64,000 bases of DNA from Phoronis australis (Eukaryota; Animalia; Phoronida). Below are positions 25,571 through 38,055 of this stretch, in pieces; position 1 is the stretch's first letter, and every line of letters begins with the position of its first letter. The notes below the pieces were generated by a model. The model saw nothing but the letters and a program-made list of their open reading frames with translations, searched no databases and had not been told where the DNA came from. The stretch lies in the NCBI GenBank assembly GCA_002633005.1, contig NMRA01000287.1, positions 329,808-393,807 of the forward strand, given 5' to 3'. The position numbers and the translations under genes are program-made.

Positions 25571-25921
25571 ATGGCGATGTACATGTATGCGAGCGACGTC
25601 GTCGTAATAGCCATTCTATGGTCAATGCATTGGCATTTCAGTATCACCAGCGACATTTGCCAATGGACTCCACACAATACCCTTACTATATTTCGAATGG
25701 TTTCAAATAAACCACGATTCGGACTTTTGTTAGAGGAAATTTCGACGACCACTTACCTCCAATGCTCGGATAGATGTCTGGCGACAGATCACTGCGATAC
25801 ACTGGTGTATGATGGCGTGCTTTGTCAACTGTTTGAACTGCAGGGACCAACTCAGTCGGACCCAAACTCCCAGATTTTGACAACGTACTCAACGGTAGAT
25901 GAAAGAGCATTGTCAAGCTAC
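25571..25921 (+). CDS. Exon 1 of a secreted PAN/Apple-domain protein (signal peptide plus PAN)
   Basis: MAMYMYASDVVVIAILWSMHWHFSITS hydrophobic leader. PAN-type C-x3-C-x5-C-x9-C (QCSDRCLATDHCDTLVYDGVLCQLF). Phase-0 donor TAC|gtaagt. Confidence 0.75.
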
Positions 25922-26149
25922 GTAAGTCAAAATAGGTGGTAAAGTGGAGTCTAATTCCAATGGTCACACTGGACGTTATGTTTGGATTGATATTAAGGTT
26001 TGTTTTCCACCGGATTAGAGCATACGCGTGTCTTGATAGACGTGCTCCTTGAAACTAGGAAAATGATACTGTAGCATAATGCTTGTTTTCACATTTATTT
26101 ACAATGAGCACACCTAACCTCTTGGCTACTGCGAAAAACAGTTTGAATT

Positions 26150-28125
26150 CGAAATTACACCATCTTTTTGTACAAATTCTGAATTCATATCCTTACGAGC
26201 ACTATACTTTTCGCTCATATAATATTGTATAATGAAGTAAAAATCTGCTTAGAAGTAATCTTTTTGACCCGAACTTTGGGTATAAATTAACTGTTTACCC
26301 AATAATAAAACAATGTTTAAAAAAAATCCTTCTTTTAAAGAAAGCCAAAGATAACATTGTTGCAAGAGAGAGTGGCGAAACACTGGGGATTTGTTTTATT
26401 TAAAATTTCATGATTAACTTCTGTCCAAAATGAATTTATTATTTCACATTCCCAAAATAAGTGTTTCAAAGTTTTTATCAATTGTCCAGGAAAGGAACAA
26501 GAGTCGTCATGCGTAACTTGAGTTATTTTTAAATATGAATTAATGGTCAAAATTATCGTCAAGAGCCTGAACTAAAGCCGCCTAATTTTTGGGTCTCTTG
26601 TTGAGTTATATAAACGGGAATAAACATCTTCCGACGAAAAATTATTTTCATTTACATTCAATTCTTTGGCCCATTTTGACTCCGGTTTTGAGACTTCGGA
26701 ACTATAATCTAACTGTGTACAAATTTGTCGACACTCTCTCCCACCACTTTTCAGTTTCATTTAAATGGTTGGCATAACAGGACAATACGCATCAAAGCTA
26801 ACAACTCTGTCGACACCATATTTCTGTTGGTACTGTACCTAAATGTCACTGATATTAGACTATTATACTCCATAAAGTTCGTTTTGATACCTAAAACATC
26901 CACAATAAATCTATAGTTTAAAATACAACCGTCTGTGGAAAACAAGTCCTTTATAAAGACTTTGCCTCCATGGCACCAATTGCTGTAGAAAAATACTTTT
27001 TACCCCGGCCTGCAGGTCACTGTTAAACCATAAAGGTTGGTTAAGAAAATCTTATTTTTTTACTTTCGAAAAATGTCCCAAGGAGATTATGCATTCAAAA
27101 TAATCTTTCCAGAAGTGATTAGATATATTAGGCAAATTTATCTTGAGAAAGCCAACTCCTTAGGTGGCGAAATTTTGAATTTCGGGAAAATTCAAATGAA
27201 ACAAATGGGGCGTCTTAGACTGACCGTTTACAAATTTTGTTGACAAGTTTATATGTAAAGCCTCACAGAATGAAAATATGTTAATCATTCTAATACCTCA
27301 TTCGTTATAATTACTAACAGCTGGAGCACGGTGCGGCTTCATTTTGTCACTGCGGCCATGCCAGAGGAATTAAAAACATTAAGTTCATTTTTTCTAGAAT
27401 ATATTTCTAAGGCTGTGCTAAGGATATCAGAGAATGTACAATTTTGAAACCGCAAGCACCCTGATTACTGTAATCCTCCCGAATGGCGTCAGAAAATTTT
27501 GTCTCAATTCTTCGAAACTATTCAGTATCGTTCAATTTCACCAAGTAATTCTGGTCTGCCATGTCATGTAAGATGACCTGGAACTTAATCCCCAAGAACA
27601 TGAAATTTGTTTTGGTCCATGATAGATGTTCTCTGACAGACATTTTTAGCCATGCTGCCAAACCAGATGGCTTTTGTTTTTTTCTTCAACATTGACCCTG
27701 AGGCCAGAGAAATGAGCAAACAGATATAGAACATTTAAAGTAGACCTTAAAGACATATCCGAGCCATCTAAAATAATAAAAGTGTCATCAGCATATTGAG
27801 GTAGTAAGTACTCACGATCCATGGTATTGATTCCAATCATATTTTTGATGTGTCTGATCATGAGCCAAAATTTCGACACAAATAAATAGATAAGGAGATA
27901 ACGGGTCACCGTGTCGAACTCCTGTTTGTATATTAAACCAACAAGAAGGTTGGCCATTAACAATAACGCATGATTTAAAAATTTTATAGAAATCTTTGAC
28001 CCATATCTTGATTGACCAACCCAAAATTAAAAGGATAAAACTTTTTCAATGAAACCCCATGACAATGAGTCAATGGCTTTTTCAAAATCTATCAGAAGTA
28101 GTAGCACAGGTATTTGAATCTTCTG
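26150..28125 (-). mobile_element. 5'-truncated Tx1/L1-clade LINE, ORF2 reverse transcriptase relic
   Basis: Fragments DFEKA.DS, SCVIVNGQPSCWFNIQTGVRHGDPLSPYLF, QYADDTFIILDGS, FSGLRVN, and the C-terminal zinc knuckle region TLKHLFWECEIINSFW. Many frameshifts. Confidence 0.93.
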
Positions 28126-28724
28126 GGAACAATAGAACAAATCGTATAGCCCACGAAAGTTATCAGCCAAGTTCCATCAGGGATATCTTCATTGTTTGCG
28201 TATTTGGATTTATCCCGTGTGGCGTGAAAAAGTTGAGCGCAATACCACCATTTGCCTTATTTTCTGAATTCTACACCCAAGAATACTTTAAGAATGCCTT
28301 CTGACATGCAAAGTTCAAAACGTACGTCTATTTCGACGTTACGTTGTTAGCTGGTTCCATCCTCAACCTTTCACAAAATAGTTTAAAGTAGTACAGTTGC
28401 AGCAGTTGGGCTTACTTTTGCCCCCGTTTTCTTATGCTACTTTTGTCAGCCTCGCTCGCTCTCCCTTGGGTGGGCGGATGCATCCTTCTGCTGCATCTGT
28501 GGCAGATTGTCACCCACCTTTACAGTGCAACATGTTATATAACTTTTGTAATTACTGATATCTGTAGTAGTTTAGTTTGTCATAATATATATGACCTTTT
28601 ATCTCAACTACATGTGTTGTTTCACTGTAAACTAGCTTCGGTATCGCTTCGCAGTTAGCGCATATAAATAACTTTTAATATTCAGTCAGGCTCCAGACAT
28701 AACAGCTTGCACAAAACTGTTTAA

Positions 28725-29120
28725 CACTTCTGTCTCAACTTTATTTGCTAAACATTATATCGTCTGTAACTTGTTCACCAATTCCTCTGTAACTCTCGCG
28801 TTAGATATTGTTGTCATTTAATTATCATCAGGAAATGTTACAAGTTAAATGCAAATTCTGGTTGTTTTAGATTTCGTTATCTCTTTTCGATACATGTATT
28901 GTTAGATTTAAAACCGTTCGATTAGAGATAAACGTGTAACCCAGCGATCCGCTACGTGAAGAGCCGGGATGAAGTATTTAAAAAATCTGCCCAAAAGACG
29001 AAAGAAACTTAAGAATTTGAAGCGTATTCGATAAATGCATTCGGTCTCGGTTGCTAGGCAGAATAATGTCACCTGGTATAATACTTCATCTACGCCAATC
29101 CCGGTGCGTTTAGAGTATTT
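28725..29120 (+). repeat. Dispersed hairpin-ended repeat family B, copy 2 (hairpin partly deleted)
   Basis: Colinear similarity with 59803-60280 (tttgctaaaYattatatcgtctgYaact, gttatctcttttc, gatccgcYacgtga, acttcatStacgcca). Confidence 0.7.
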
Positions 29121-29153
29121 CTATGACATATTTACAAGTCATACTTTGCGAAC

Positions 29154-29577
29154 CTATTGTTTGTATTCCAATTAACTATTATGTATCTCGATCATCTGAT
29201 TCAATTCGTCATTGTGCACGATAACGTCAAACAAAAATGGACAAAACTGTGTATCGAACGAAACTCTTACGTAAGGGAAAAGCATTGTTTCTTTTTATTC
29301 CATTAGAGATGACATGGTTTTTAATGAAAATGCTGGAAGTTTCATAGAATAAAAGAAAGACATTGGTCTCTATTGTTGGTATTCCAATTTAACATTACGA
29401 ATCTCGATTGTCTGATTCAATTCGTCATTGTGCACGATAATGCCAAACAAAAATGGACAAAACTTTTTATCGAACGAAACTGTTACCTAAGACAAAAGCA
29501 TTGTTTCTTCTTATTCCATTAGAGATGACATGGTTTCTAAGAAATTGCTGGATGTTTCATAAAATAAAAGAAAACAG
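29154..29577. repeat. Two-copy tandem repeat, unit ~216 bp
   Basis: ctattgtt.gtattccaatt...tctgattcaattcgtcattgtgcacgataa...ccattagagatgacatggttt occurs at 29154 and 29370. Confidence 0.92.
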
Positions 29578-32127
29578 TAGTTTAGAATGTTAGGACTGGG
29601 TTTTCTTTACCAGCATCTAACGACTATGAAAGCCTTGGGTTGAAATTTGAAGTGCACTGAAATTTGTTCTGACTTACTATAGCTGCACGAAATGAACTAA
29701 CATGGAAATGGTCGATGAGAAGAATGTACTAGAAAATCGGTGATTGAAATGTACTTTGAAACGAAACTGGAATTTACTGTAAAGCGTGACGATACTGAAA
29801 TGTAATATCAGACGAGAGTGAAAGGCACTCTAGGGTGGATCTGAAGTGTACGTGTACATGTACAGTAAAGCGAGACTGAAATGTACTGTAAGGCGTGGCT
29901 GAAATAGCCTTTGATATGAGACTGAAATGTACTGCAAGGCGAAGCAGACTTTAACTGTAAAACGAGTCATAAACGCACTGTTAGGAGAGATTAAAAAGGG
30001 CGACGAAACGGCATGCCTACTGGTGACCACCGTCACACCATTTTGGTCACGTCAGTGCAAGAAGACTATAAAATATAAATCTAGTTAAATCATACTACAC
30101 ACAGATGATGTTGACCTTAAGGTCTGACCAAAGTCAATTACCTCATGAAACAAAGCTTACGATCTGGCAGTAAAAACTTTTGTCTCATTCACAGGCTCTG
30201 AGTAATTGGAAGGGTTGTAAAGTGTTATTGCTAACTGTAAAGAAAATATCAAACACTGCATTGAGAGAATGGCTTTCATAGTGACATTAGATGCCACTAC
30301 TCCGACTGAAAATTGGACAAAACATGATTGATTTAGCGGAACTGATATTGCATCAACCATGAATCCAGTCGAAGTGACAGAAAGGAATCGACTGAACTGG
30401 GTGAAAATACGAAATGTCATAGACGCAACAGAAGTGACTTTAAAAACACTATTGAAATTACATGGCGACGACCACATACATGTACATGTAGAAGCCGCCA
30501 TTGCAATATTGCATAGTTAACAAAACATTACATAATCTTTCAAAATTCTTCAAGGAGGAAGATTGGATGGCCGAGCAGGGGCGGTGCAAATACACCATTT
30601 CCTGTGACAGTGGGTCTGAAGAAGGTCTCAAAGCAATGCATCGACCTTTTTGTCTCAGTTTGTCAAAAAAAAAATAAAAGTAAATTTTGAAAGGCTGTAA
30701 CCATTAGTAACCATCTTGAGCGGACTGAGAATTGGGGGTTTGATAGGTGAAAATTATCGCTTCTAAATCTTCTTTTGCATTTTCAATTACAGCATAAGAA
30801 GTTTATCGTCGCCAGTTACGGAAAACATTCGAATGCCTTGGCTCGCGTTTTAAAACAACATATTCAGACTTTTTTCGAGTTGTTTTTGGTGAAAAATGAT
30901 CAACATGATCAACATGACGAGATTACCAACCTCGTTTTCATCGGTTTGGCCAGTGTTTTAACTGCACACTGAAGCAACTAATACCCGTAACAGACCGCCT
31001 ACTCTTCTTTCAGTTAACAACGATATGACTATCGAAACATTTTGGTTAGGATTTTGCATGTCGTGTTGAGAAGACCAAGCAGTAAGACTTCAGTGGCTGT
31101 TTTGGGGTGGGAGGCCATGGCCCGCGTAAAATTTTCAAAGATTCCATTTGTCAGTACTGGGGTGCCAAAGTCTGACGGGCAATGTCCTGGCTATTATTCT
31201 GCCCTGACCCCCTCTAACTCATGGAGCCGCTCTAAGTCACTTAGTTAAATATTCCCAATATCCAGCGCAGATATAAACAGAAGTTGAAAATATAACGGTC
31301 AGCTTGCCAGTGTGGTAAAGTTGTCTACCTGTGAAATCACCTGTCAAACTACAGAACTGATGCTGAGCATTCAATTTGCACTTGCTTGACATAAGAGGTA
31401 TCCAAAACTATCATTTTCATGTCGGCAATATACCGTTGCCACTTATAAAAGACATGATGAGTGGATTAGTGGAGCAGTAGATCGGGATGGTGTACATTTC
31501 CATTACGGAACTTGTATCATTCACCTTGAAAATGGTCTGATTTGCTTGAACTATTTTTGGCTTTCGCCCGCCGCCAAGGCTCGACCTTCCATCATCTTAT
31601 CAGTTGTACTGTGGTTATCATTTGGATAATAAAACGTTGTCATGTAAACATTGACGTGTTTCAGATGGTGAACAATCTGTAGTCACTTTTGACACCTTTT
31701 TAAGCCCAACATGCTTATAGCGTTTCTATGAAATATTTTCGAGTGTTAAAATCAAACTGAATTACTTAAGGAAAATTAAATTTGTTCTCTGAGTGCTTTC
31801 CCGTCAATTAAAAGCGGGTATTGCTTAAGTAACTTCCGAAAACTACTATCTAAGAGCGTGTGTGTATTCGTGCATAAATATATTGTAAGTGTTTTGTATT
31901 ATTTAATTGTTGCCCAGCTATATTTTTAATTACACGTCTTGGCAGTAATGTTATCAATAGAATTCTCATATATTCGAGAAATGAAATTTACAATGAGAAT
32001 TTAACTTTGTAAAAGAATCCAATTCATTACCTTGTGTTAGCGACAATACTAATTACAGCCGTGCCTCTGTTGCTGGTACCCACCATTGATTAAGGAACTC
32101 TAAACGCGGCCCCGATACATGTACCCC

Positions 32128-32200
32128 TGTAGCTCATTGGACTAGAGCGTCTGTACGATTAGCACAAAGACCGTGGTTCGAGTCTCGTTAGTAGCTGAGA
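32128..32200 (+). mobile_element. Degenerate tRNA-derived SINE-like head (paralog at ~16400-16470)
   Basis: A-box-like tagctcattgg (32130-32140) and B-box-like ggttcgagtc (32175-32184). No intact cloverleaf. Confidence 0.5.
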
Positions 32201-32533
32201 CTTTTTAACACTTGACTATAGGTCACATGATGTGGACGAAATAGCCTGTATGAAGGCTAATATTTTTTATATCATGTGAACGCCCCAATTCATTAAAATT
32301 CAATTATGTGGTCGACATGCAGGTTAAAAGAATGCTTGGAGGTCTTGCTCTATGGTTACGACTTTAATTTTAAAGCCTCGTAACAGGCTTTTGTTCTTGT
32401 CTAAGCTCAAAAGACCATTAGGTAATGTTGCGTACCAACCCAACGGTAATGAATGTAAAAAGTAATAAACAGAAACGTCGACTAATACAATGTCGTTTGT
32501 CACGTTTTTCCCCGTGTGTGGGTGGGCGCAGGT

Positions 32534-33267
32534 TGTTACAGACCGGTGCTAATAGCTTTCGGTGCGAAGATTGACTGAAGACTGGTTCGAGTTAATCCTT
32601 TATTAATCCCGACCGTACGTTCACAAGCCTACTCAAACAAAACGTCCGACGTAATGTCTGTTTATGCTCCAGCCAGTGCTGCGAAGCCTTGACTTGTGTT
32701 GAACTTCTGAGATACTTCAAGCAACTGTGACACTCGTTGATTCAATAACCTGCTATCTCAATAGCTCGTTCTCTATTGACTATCGCTGTAACTACTGATT
32801 CTCTTCACTGCAACTCAACTGTAGTTCTCCTGATTGACTTACTTGAACTGACTTGATCTTCTCTTGAACTGACTTGATCTCACTGACTTAATCTTCTTGG
32901 ACTCAAGTCAACTGACTAACAAAAACCCGTATTTGTGTAATTATAGCCTAATGCATTGTTCTAGAACTTTTCATTAATTCAAGCACATACCAAAACTTTC
33001 TGGAACCTACACAATCATTCTACAAACATGTACTAGTTTCTAGAATATTTCAGACTGCATTAATCACTGTCATGCTAGAGTCTTCTAGAAAGTTCCACAC
33101 TATACTGCAGTAAACAAATTACATCATCACTGTTCTGACCTCAGTCTTCTAGAAAGTTCCACACTATTTTGTAGTAAACAAATTACATCATCACTGTACT
33201 TAACTCAGGGGTCATGCCAATCAAACAGAATAACAAAACAAAACAAAACAAACTAAAAATACTGACA
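32534..33267 (-). mobile_element. Gypsy-like solo LTR
   Basis: TG...CA ends (tgttaca / tactgaca). Minus-strand TATA-like and AATAAA signals. Internal duplicated tcttctagaaagttccacacta...catcactgt. Related to 24750-25210. No matching TSD seen. Confidence 0.65.
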
Positions 33268-33317
33268 TCATTGTTAATGTATTGTTTGGTTTTAAAATTC
33301 GTACAGTTAATTACCTG

Positions 33318-34190
33318 TTTATACCACAATATTAGCGTCAAATGGCAGATACAACCGTGTAATAACCCATAAAGTTATCTCACTAGTGAGATAACGATTT
33401 GGCGGGAAACCGAGGACGGATTCGAACCCGGGACCCTGGAATTTGCAGCTCGCCGAGTTAACCACTACACCACGCAGCGACTGACCTCATCAACAGTGAA
33501 AATAGAATACTTAAATGAGCACGCGCAATAATAGCACGTTCAACAAACCGCATTGTACTGTACTTATGCGCTACGAAAAATAAGACACATATTTTCCATA
33601 AAAATGATATCTTGATTCAGTGAAATTTTTCTCTCATGTCCTCTTACTTGTAAATCACCGATCTTCAGTTTGAATGGGGGTATCGTGTCGTCAGGATCTT
33701 TGACTTGAGAATTATATTCGGTTACCAGTGGTAACCTATTTTAGCAGACGATAATTTCCCGGTCGAAGCTTAGCGTGTAAAAAACGTGTTTTAAGCTATA
33801 ATAGTTGCTTAACCTTAATTTAGAGATTCACTTCATTTCTATTTTGTTTAAATTTCCAATTGGTTTTGAGTATAAGCATTATTTGACAAAAATAGCTCGG
33901 CTTTTCTTAAAAGGTCACGACCTCCGACCCCGGGCCTCTGACATAGAAAGTAGTTACAAAGCCGAGGCGAGTCGAGGAAGGTAGATCGATTCATTGCAAT
34001 ATTTCTCGTTTAGTATGTGGTATAAATAGATTATTACATGTTCTCAGTCGTTATCCCCCTTATCTAAAGCCCTCGAGGATTTTGGAGAATTATCACCCTC
34101 GGGGCTAACGCCCCTCGGGCGATAATTCTCCAAAATCCACTCGGGCTCTAGATAACGGGGGATAACGACTTCGCCATGTAATAATCTATA
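33318..34190 (+). mobile_element. Unclassified hairpin-ended element family A with tRNA-like cassette, copy 1
   Basis: Full-length similarity to 61607-62473 (inverted) and 62476-63207. Inverted repeat tttataccaca/tgtggtataaa. 22-bp perfect palindrome at 33374-33395. Terminal hairpin at 34026-34189. Confidence 0.85.
33400..33478 (-). other. tRNA-like Pol III cassette inside family A element (not a bona fide tRNA)
   Basis: Minus strand reads gctgcgTGGTGTAGTGGttaactcggcgagCTGCAAAttccagggtcccgGGTTCGAATCCgtcctcggt. A and B boxes are intact; D and anticodon stems pair poorly. Confidence 0.7.
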
Positions 34191-35139
34191 TTTATTCGTC
34201 ATTTATATAACGTCTTCATCTCTGGTTCATTTCCCTTCATGATACTGTTACACCGTTTACTTAGTACATTACAATTTGATTGGTTGTCAAGTTGGTTAAT
34301 CAACCTCTTAGTACACAACGTGTGTCGGTTCCACAATTTATAATATCCCATTTTTGCTTTTTAGAATTGAAACATTCATTCGGATAATGAAATTTAGGTG
34401 TTGAATCATCCCAGAATTTCGTAATTTATTTATAATCATTGATACATGTCTGCAGTACTGATTTTTTACCTATGTTCCTCGGAAGAATCTCGCCTCCATC
34501 GATGGGTTGATGTAAAATTCTAGTGACGGGAACTGTGGCCACAAGGAACACGTTCGTCTTTTGATGCTGGTTTATACTCTCGTTCCATGATGAGGACAGT
34601 TTTTATCGAGGGCCATGTAGAATGCCACGGGAAGGTCTTGAGGGGTGCATGTAAGTAAGACCCTGTAGTTCTCTCTCAATATAAGCTAGGACATCGATAG
34701 AACCTTGCTAGAAACGCCACACTTCGCGATATTTAAATGTGAGCAAGTGATTTTGGCTAGATTTTCTCGCCGCGAAAAACTTGCTTAGCTCTATTCAGTT
34801 CCTTTCTGTGCAGAAGACCTCGAATTGCCAAGTGGAATCTAAGGGTATTTTAGGGGGAGGGGGCATGCCCACATTAATCTCCACCGTGATAATGTGGGTG
34901 CATTTTAAGCACATTGTAAAAATTCCGTTCAAGATTATTGCTTTTTGAAGAGTTTGGTTCCGTGTAGTTCAGTCTTATCTCCAGCCAACCCACGTGCCCT
35001 CACGTGTAGACACCGTGCATGTCTTGAGGTTGTGAGGGAGGCTAGGAATGGAAGGACTAAAAGCAATAAACTAAGCAGGGTTATGTAGAGCTACTAATGT
35101 TCACCACGCAGGGCGATGCACGACAACATGTGGTCAACC

Positions 35140-36143
35140 CAGTGGCGGATCTAAGATACATGTACTGTATTATACAGGAGGGGGGCAACATTTTGTCTCG
35201 TAAACAATTGCACAAAGCGCAATTGTAGAGGAGCATAGCACCGAATGGGGGAAGTTGGCAGCGGAGTTTCTCCCCTCCGGCCCAGGAAAAAGATTGTTTT
35301 TGAATCTGAAAACAGGCATTCCCATTGATTTGTGGGGTATTATCAAAAAAAAAAAAAAAAAAAAAANAAAAAAAACACCGAGAACGTGTAAAACTTGGAA
35401 AATTTGTACGTGCCACGGACTTGAAATCACGATCTTTCTGCCAGATTGCGGGAACTCCACCAATGCGTCACCATACTTCCACTTAAATTTAAGAATTATT
35501 ATCTCTTTATGGTCCACAGCGTTTGCACGCGAACCTGCTTCTTTCCGTTAAGCCTATTAAACGCTTTTTATTTTTGCAACCAGTTCGAGCTAAAGTTGTT
35601 TTAAATAGTCTTTAGTTGCCCAAGACCAAATGCGTTTTTTTTGTTAGCATTAACCCTGTGATTGCTTTGGAAATCGTCTTAAATTTAATGTTTGATAAAG
35701 GTATACTCATGAGTTTCTTGGTGATTCACAGAGGCTTCGATTAAAATTTACATATTACTAGCAGCTTCTGTTTCTTCATCGTAACTAAAATTCGTTGTAA
35801 AAAGTAAGTAATTTTCTTCATTGCACAACGGAACAGACGACAGAAATGTTGTGGTAGTGCGCAGCACCCCTGATATCACGCACATGTCAACCGGAAGCGC
35901 CATTACTTTGCCATAGTTCCGTTACGATTGCGCCGCTTGTCTGATTTGGACTCGTGAAATCGGGTCTGAGCCCTCCCCCCAACACACACACGAGCGCACA
36001 CTAAAACTGTACACATCGTTAAATCATGTTTCAGCCGTTAATTATCATGCACAATATTTCCTCACGCTCTTTCTGTTTTATTTTTCTTTACGACAGCCAA
36101 AGGGGGGCAAGAGGGGCTCCTGCACCGCCCTCTAAATCCACGT
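35140..36143. mobile_element. Degenerate MITE of the cagtggcggatc-terminus type
   Basis: Left end cagtggcggatctaag; eroded right end ccctctaaatccacgtg. The same terminus type occurs at 57695 and, more diverged, at ~18566. Confidence 0.35.
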
Positions 36144-36493
36144 GCGCAATCCACCAACACAAAAACATTGTGCCAAAAATGAGGAGCAATTCCGACTTTT
36201 CATAGTTTAAGGACCCCGGAAACCTTAAAGGCGATGGCAACCTTTTTCCATGTCATTTTGAGCTAAAATAAGGTTGGTTGGTTATCCTAGACATATTTTC
36301 CACTTAATTACAGCTTTTCGTAATTTTATTAATTACTCGTCCGCTACTGCGGAAGTGACGTTTTAGGAGGCAAGCATTTCGCGCCAATTTCTTTTCATAT
36401 AGTCTGACTGTGAGAGCTGCCGAGTCAGTCATTGTTCTACCTCGGTTGTGTTAAGTTCCGTCGTCGTTTGCTTTCATTTACTAGTCAGTCAAG

Positions 36494-37285
36494 ATGCCAC
36501 ACTGTTGCTGCGTACCGGACTGTACTAATTATCGACTCACGCGCGCTTTGGGAGTACCTTTGCATCGCTTTCCGATGGATGACAGACTTCGCCGTACTTG
36601 GCTCGTTCGTGTGCAGAAGGCAGCGTTACCCGTCCACGTAACGTACATGTACAAAGCAGTGGCGAATTACCGTGTGTGTGGCAAGCACTTTTTGCCCTCC
36701 GCTTACGAAAGGGATTTGTACGCTGAACTGACGAAGGTCCCTGCGAAACAACGCCTGAAGAAGGATGCCATTCCGTCTGTGTTGATTCCCGGCAGTGCCC
36801 CGTCGCCACCCCCGAGAAGTGCTTTTTTGAAGCGAGAAGCCTCGCGAGCTGTGGCCAGTAAAGTGACTGGAGCCAGTTGAGGCACTTCATCTACTGTCAC
36901 CTGTGCCTCCGAACGTACCCCAGAGCGTGCAATTCCTGAAACCAGTAGTGATTCGCCCTGTGCTGTTTTCTCCAGCCCAGAGCCTCTAAGCAGCCCTGCA
37001 GCGATATTGAGTAGTGGGAGTGATTAAAGGCCCAGGATCGACACCCAGTGAAGAGGACAGTTTGTCGTTCAGTGAACAGATCGGTGAGCCAAACTTTGAT
37101 AAGTTTATTGTGGACTTGTATATTTAGAAGGTGCCAGGTGTGTGGCGAGGGAGTCACACGACTCGATGTAAGCAGTTTGAGTGCTCATGTCACCATCCAG
37201 TGGGAGTGTGTCGCGGGACACTCTGGCAAGTGGGACAGTTGTTCCTCTGTCCGTGGTATGCCGGAGGTCCACTTAACCTTGTCCA
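36494..37285 (+). pseudogene. Kolobok transposase N-terminus: THAP domain (open 36494-36880) plus Cys/His region; catalytic domain deleted
   Basis: MPHCCCVPDC...LHRFPMDDRLRRTWL...RVCGKHF...LKKDAIPSV is a C2CH THAP with AVPT-like box. Downstream FRRCQVCG...WECVAGHSGKWDS matches Kolobok transposase N-terminal motifs. Confidence 0.88.
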
Positions 37286-37594
37286 GTAGTGGCTTGGCCT
37301 CGTCGAACTCTGAACAGCACAAGCATTCCATTGAGGTAGGCATAACAATTAACGCACACAGTGCATTTGCACCAAGATGTGTCACCACGTCTGTCCTCAG
37401 TAGCAGCCTCGTTTCTCTCAACAGCTGCCTGTGCCTGTGCGTACTCTGCCTCGTTGTAACTCGGGCTAATCGGGCTCAAACATGTACCCACGCACTGAAT
37501 GTCCGTGAAAAAATTCCTCGTCACCACTGCTGTGAACAAGGTCTCCGTCACTCACACTACTGTCACTGTGATACGGGTCACCGACTCCAGCCAT
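37275..37594 (-). pseudogene. Kolobok second protein KolX N-terminus (P2X7 C-terminal ballast-like Cys cluster), frameshifted and truncated
   Basis: MAGVGDPY..acidic..YMFEP / RRGDTSWCKCTVC / MPTSMECLCCSEF across three frames, convergent to the transposase. Confidence 0.8.
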
Positions 37595-38055
37595 TTTCAG
37601 CTTACAACACACTAAAATCGCTAAATCCAACGTAGTTGAGTTCTCTACTAACTTATCTTGCCGCAGAATACTCGCCGATGGAAAGTGGTGGCGACAATTG
37701 TTGAAAAACAGCACAAAACAAAAGTAGAATAGAACAGATTCGCCCGGTAAAGTCAACGCAAAACCAAGTGGCGGGAAACGCTTGCCTCCTAAAACGTCAC
37801 TTCCGGAGTAGCGGACGAGTAATTAATAAAATTACGAAAAGCTGTAATTAAGTGGAAAATATGTCTAGGATAACCAACCCATCTTATTTTACCTCAAAAT
37901 GACATGGAAAATGGTTGCCTTCGCCTTTAAGCTGTAACTAGTTTGATAAAAGCTTTACCAGGATTTAAATAACATTTGTATTTTGTATATTTATATTCAT
38001 ATTTATATTTATTAATGTACCATTGCTCTTACTCATTTCACATCTTTTCCTCAAG

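Larger units (their letters stand above)
36229..37926 (+). mobile_element. Kolobok DNA transposon, internal deletion derivative
   Basis: TTAA TSD (36225-36228, 37927-37930). AGG...CCT termini with ~158-bp highly similar TIRs. Convergent THAP-transposase and KolX remnants. Confidence 0.92.

Noticed and set aside
33400-33478. tRNA-Cys(GCA) gene
   Set aside because: The D and anticodon stems pair poorly, the sequence is embedded in a repeat, and the anticodon differs in sister copies.
37048-37635. 195-aa ORF as an intact gene
   Set aside because: It is a chimera of a Kolobok transposase fragment and the antisense of KolX across a deletion junction.
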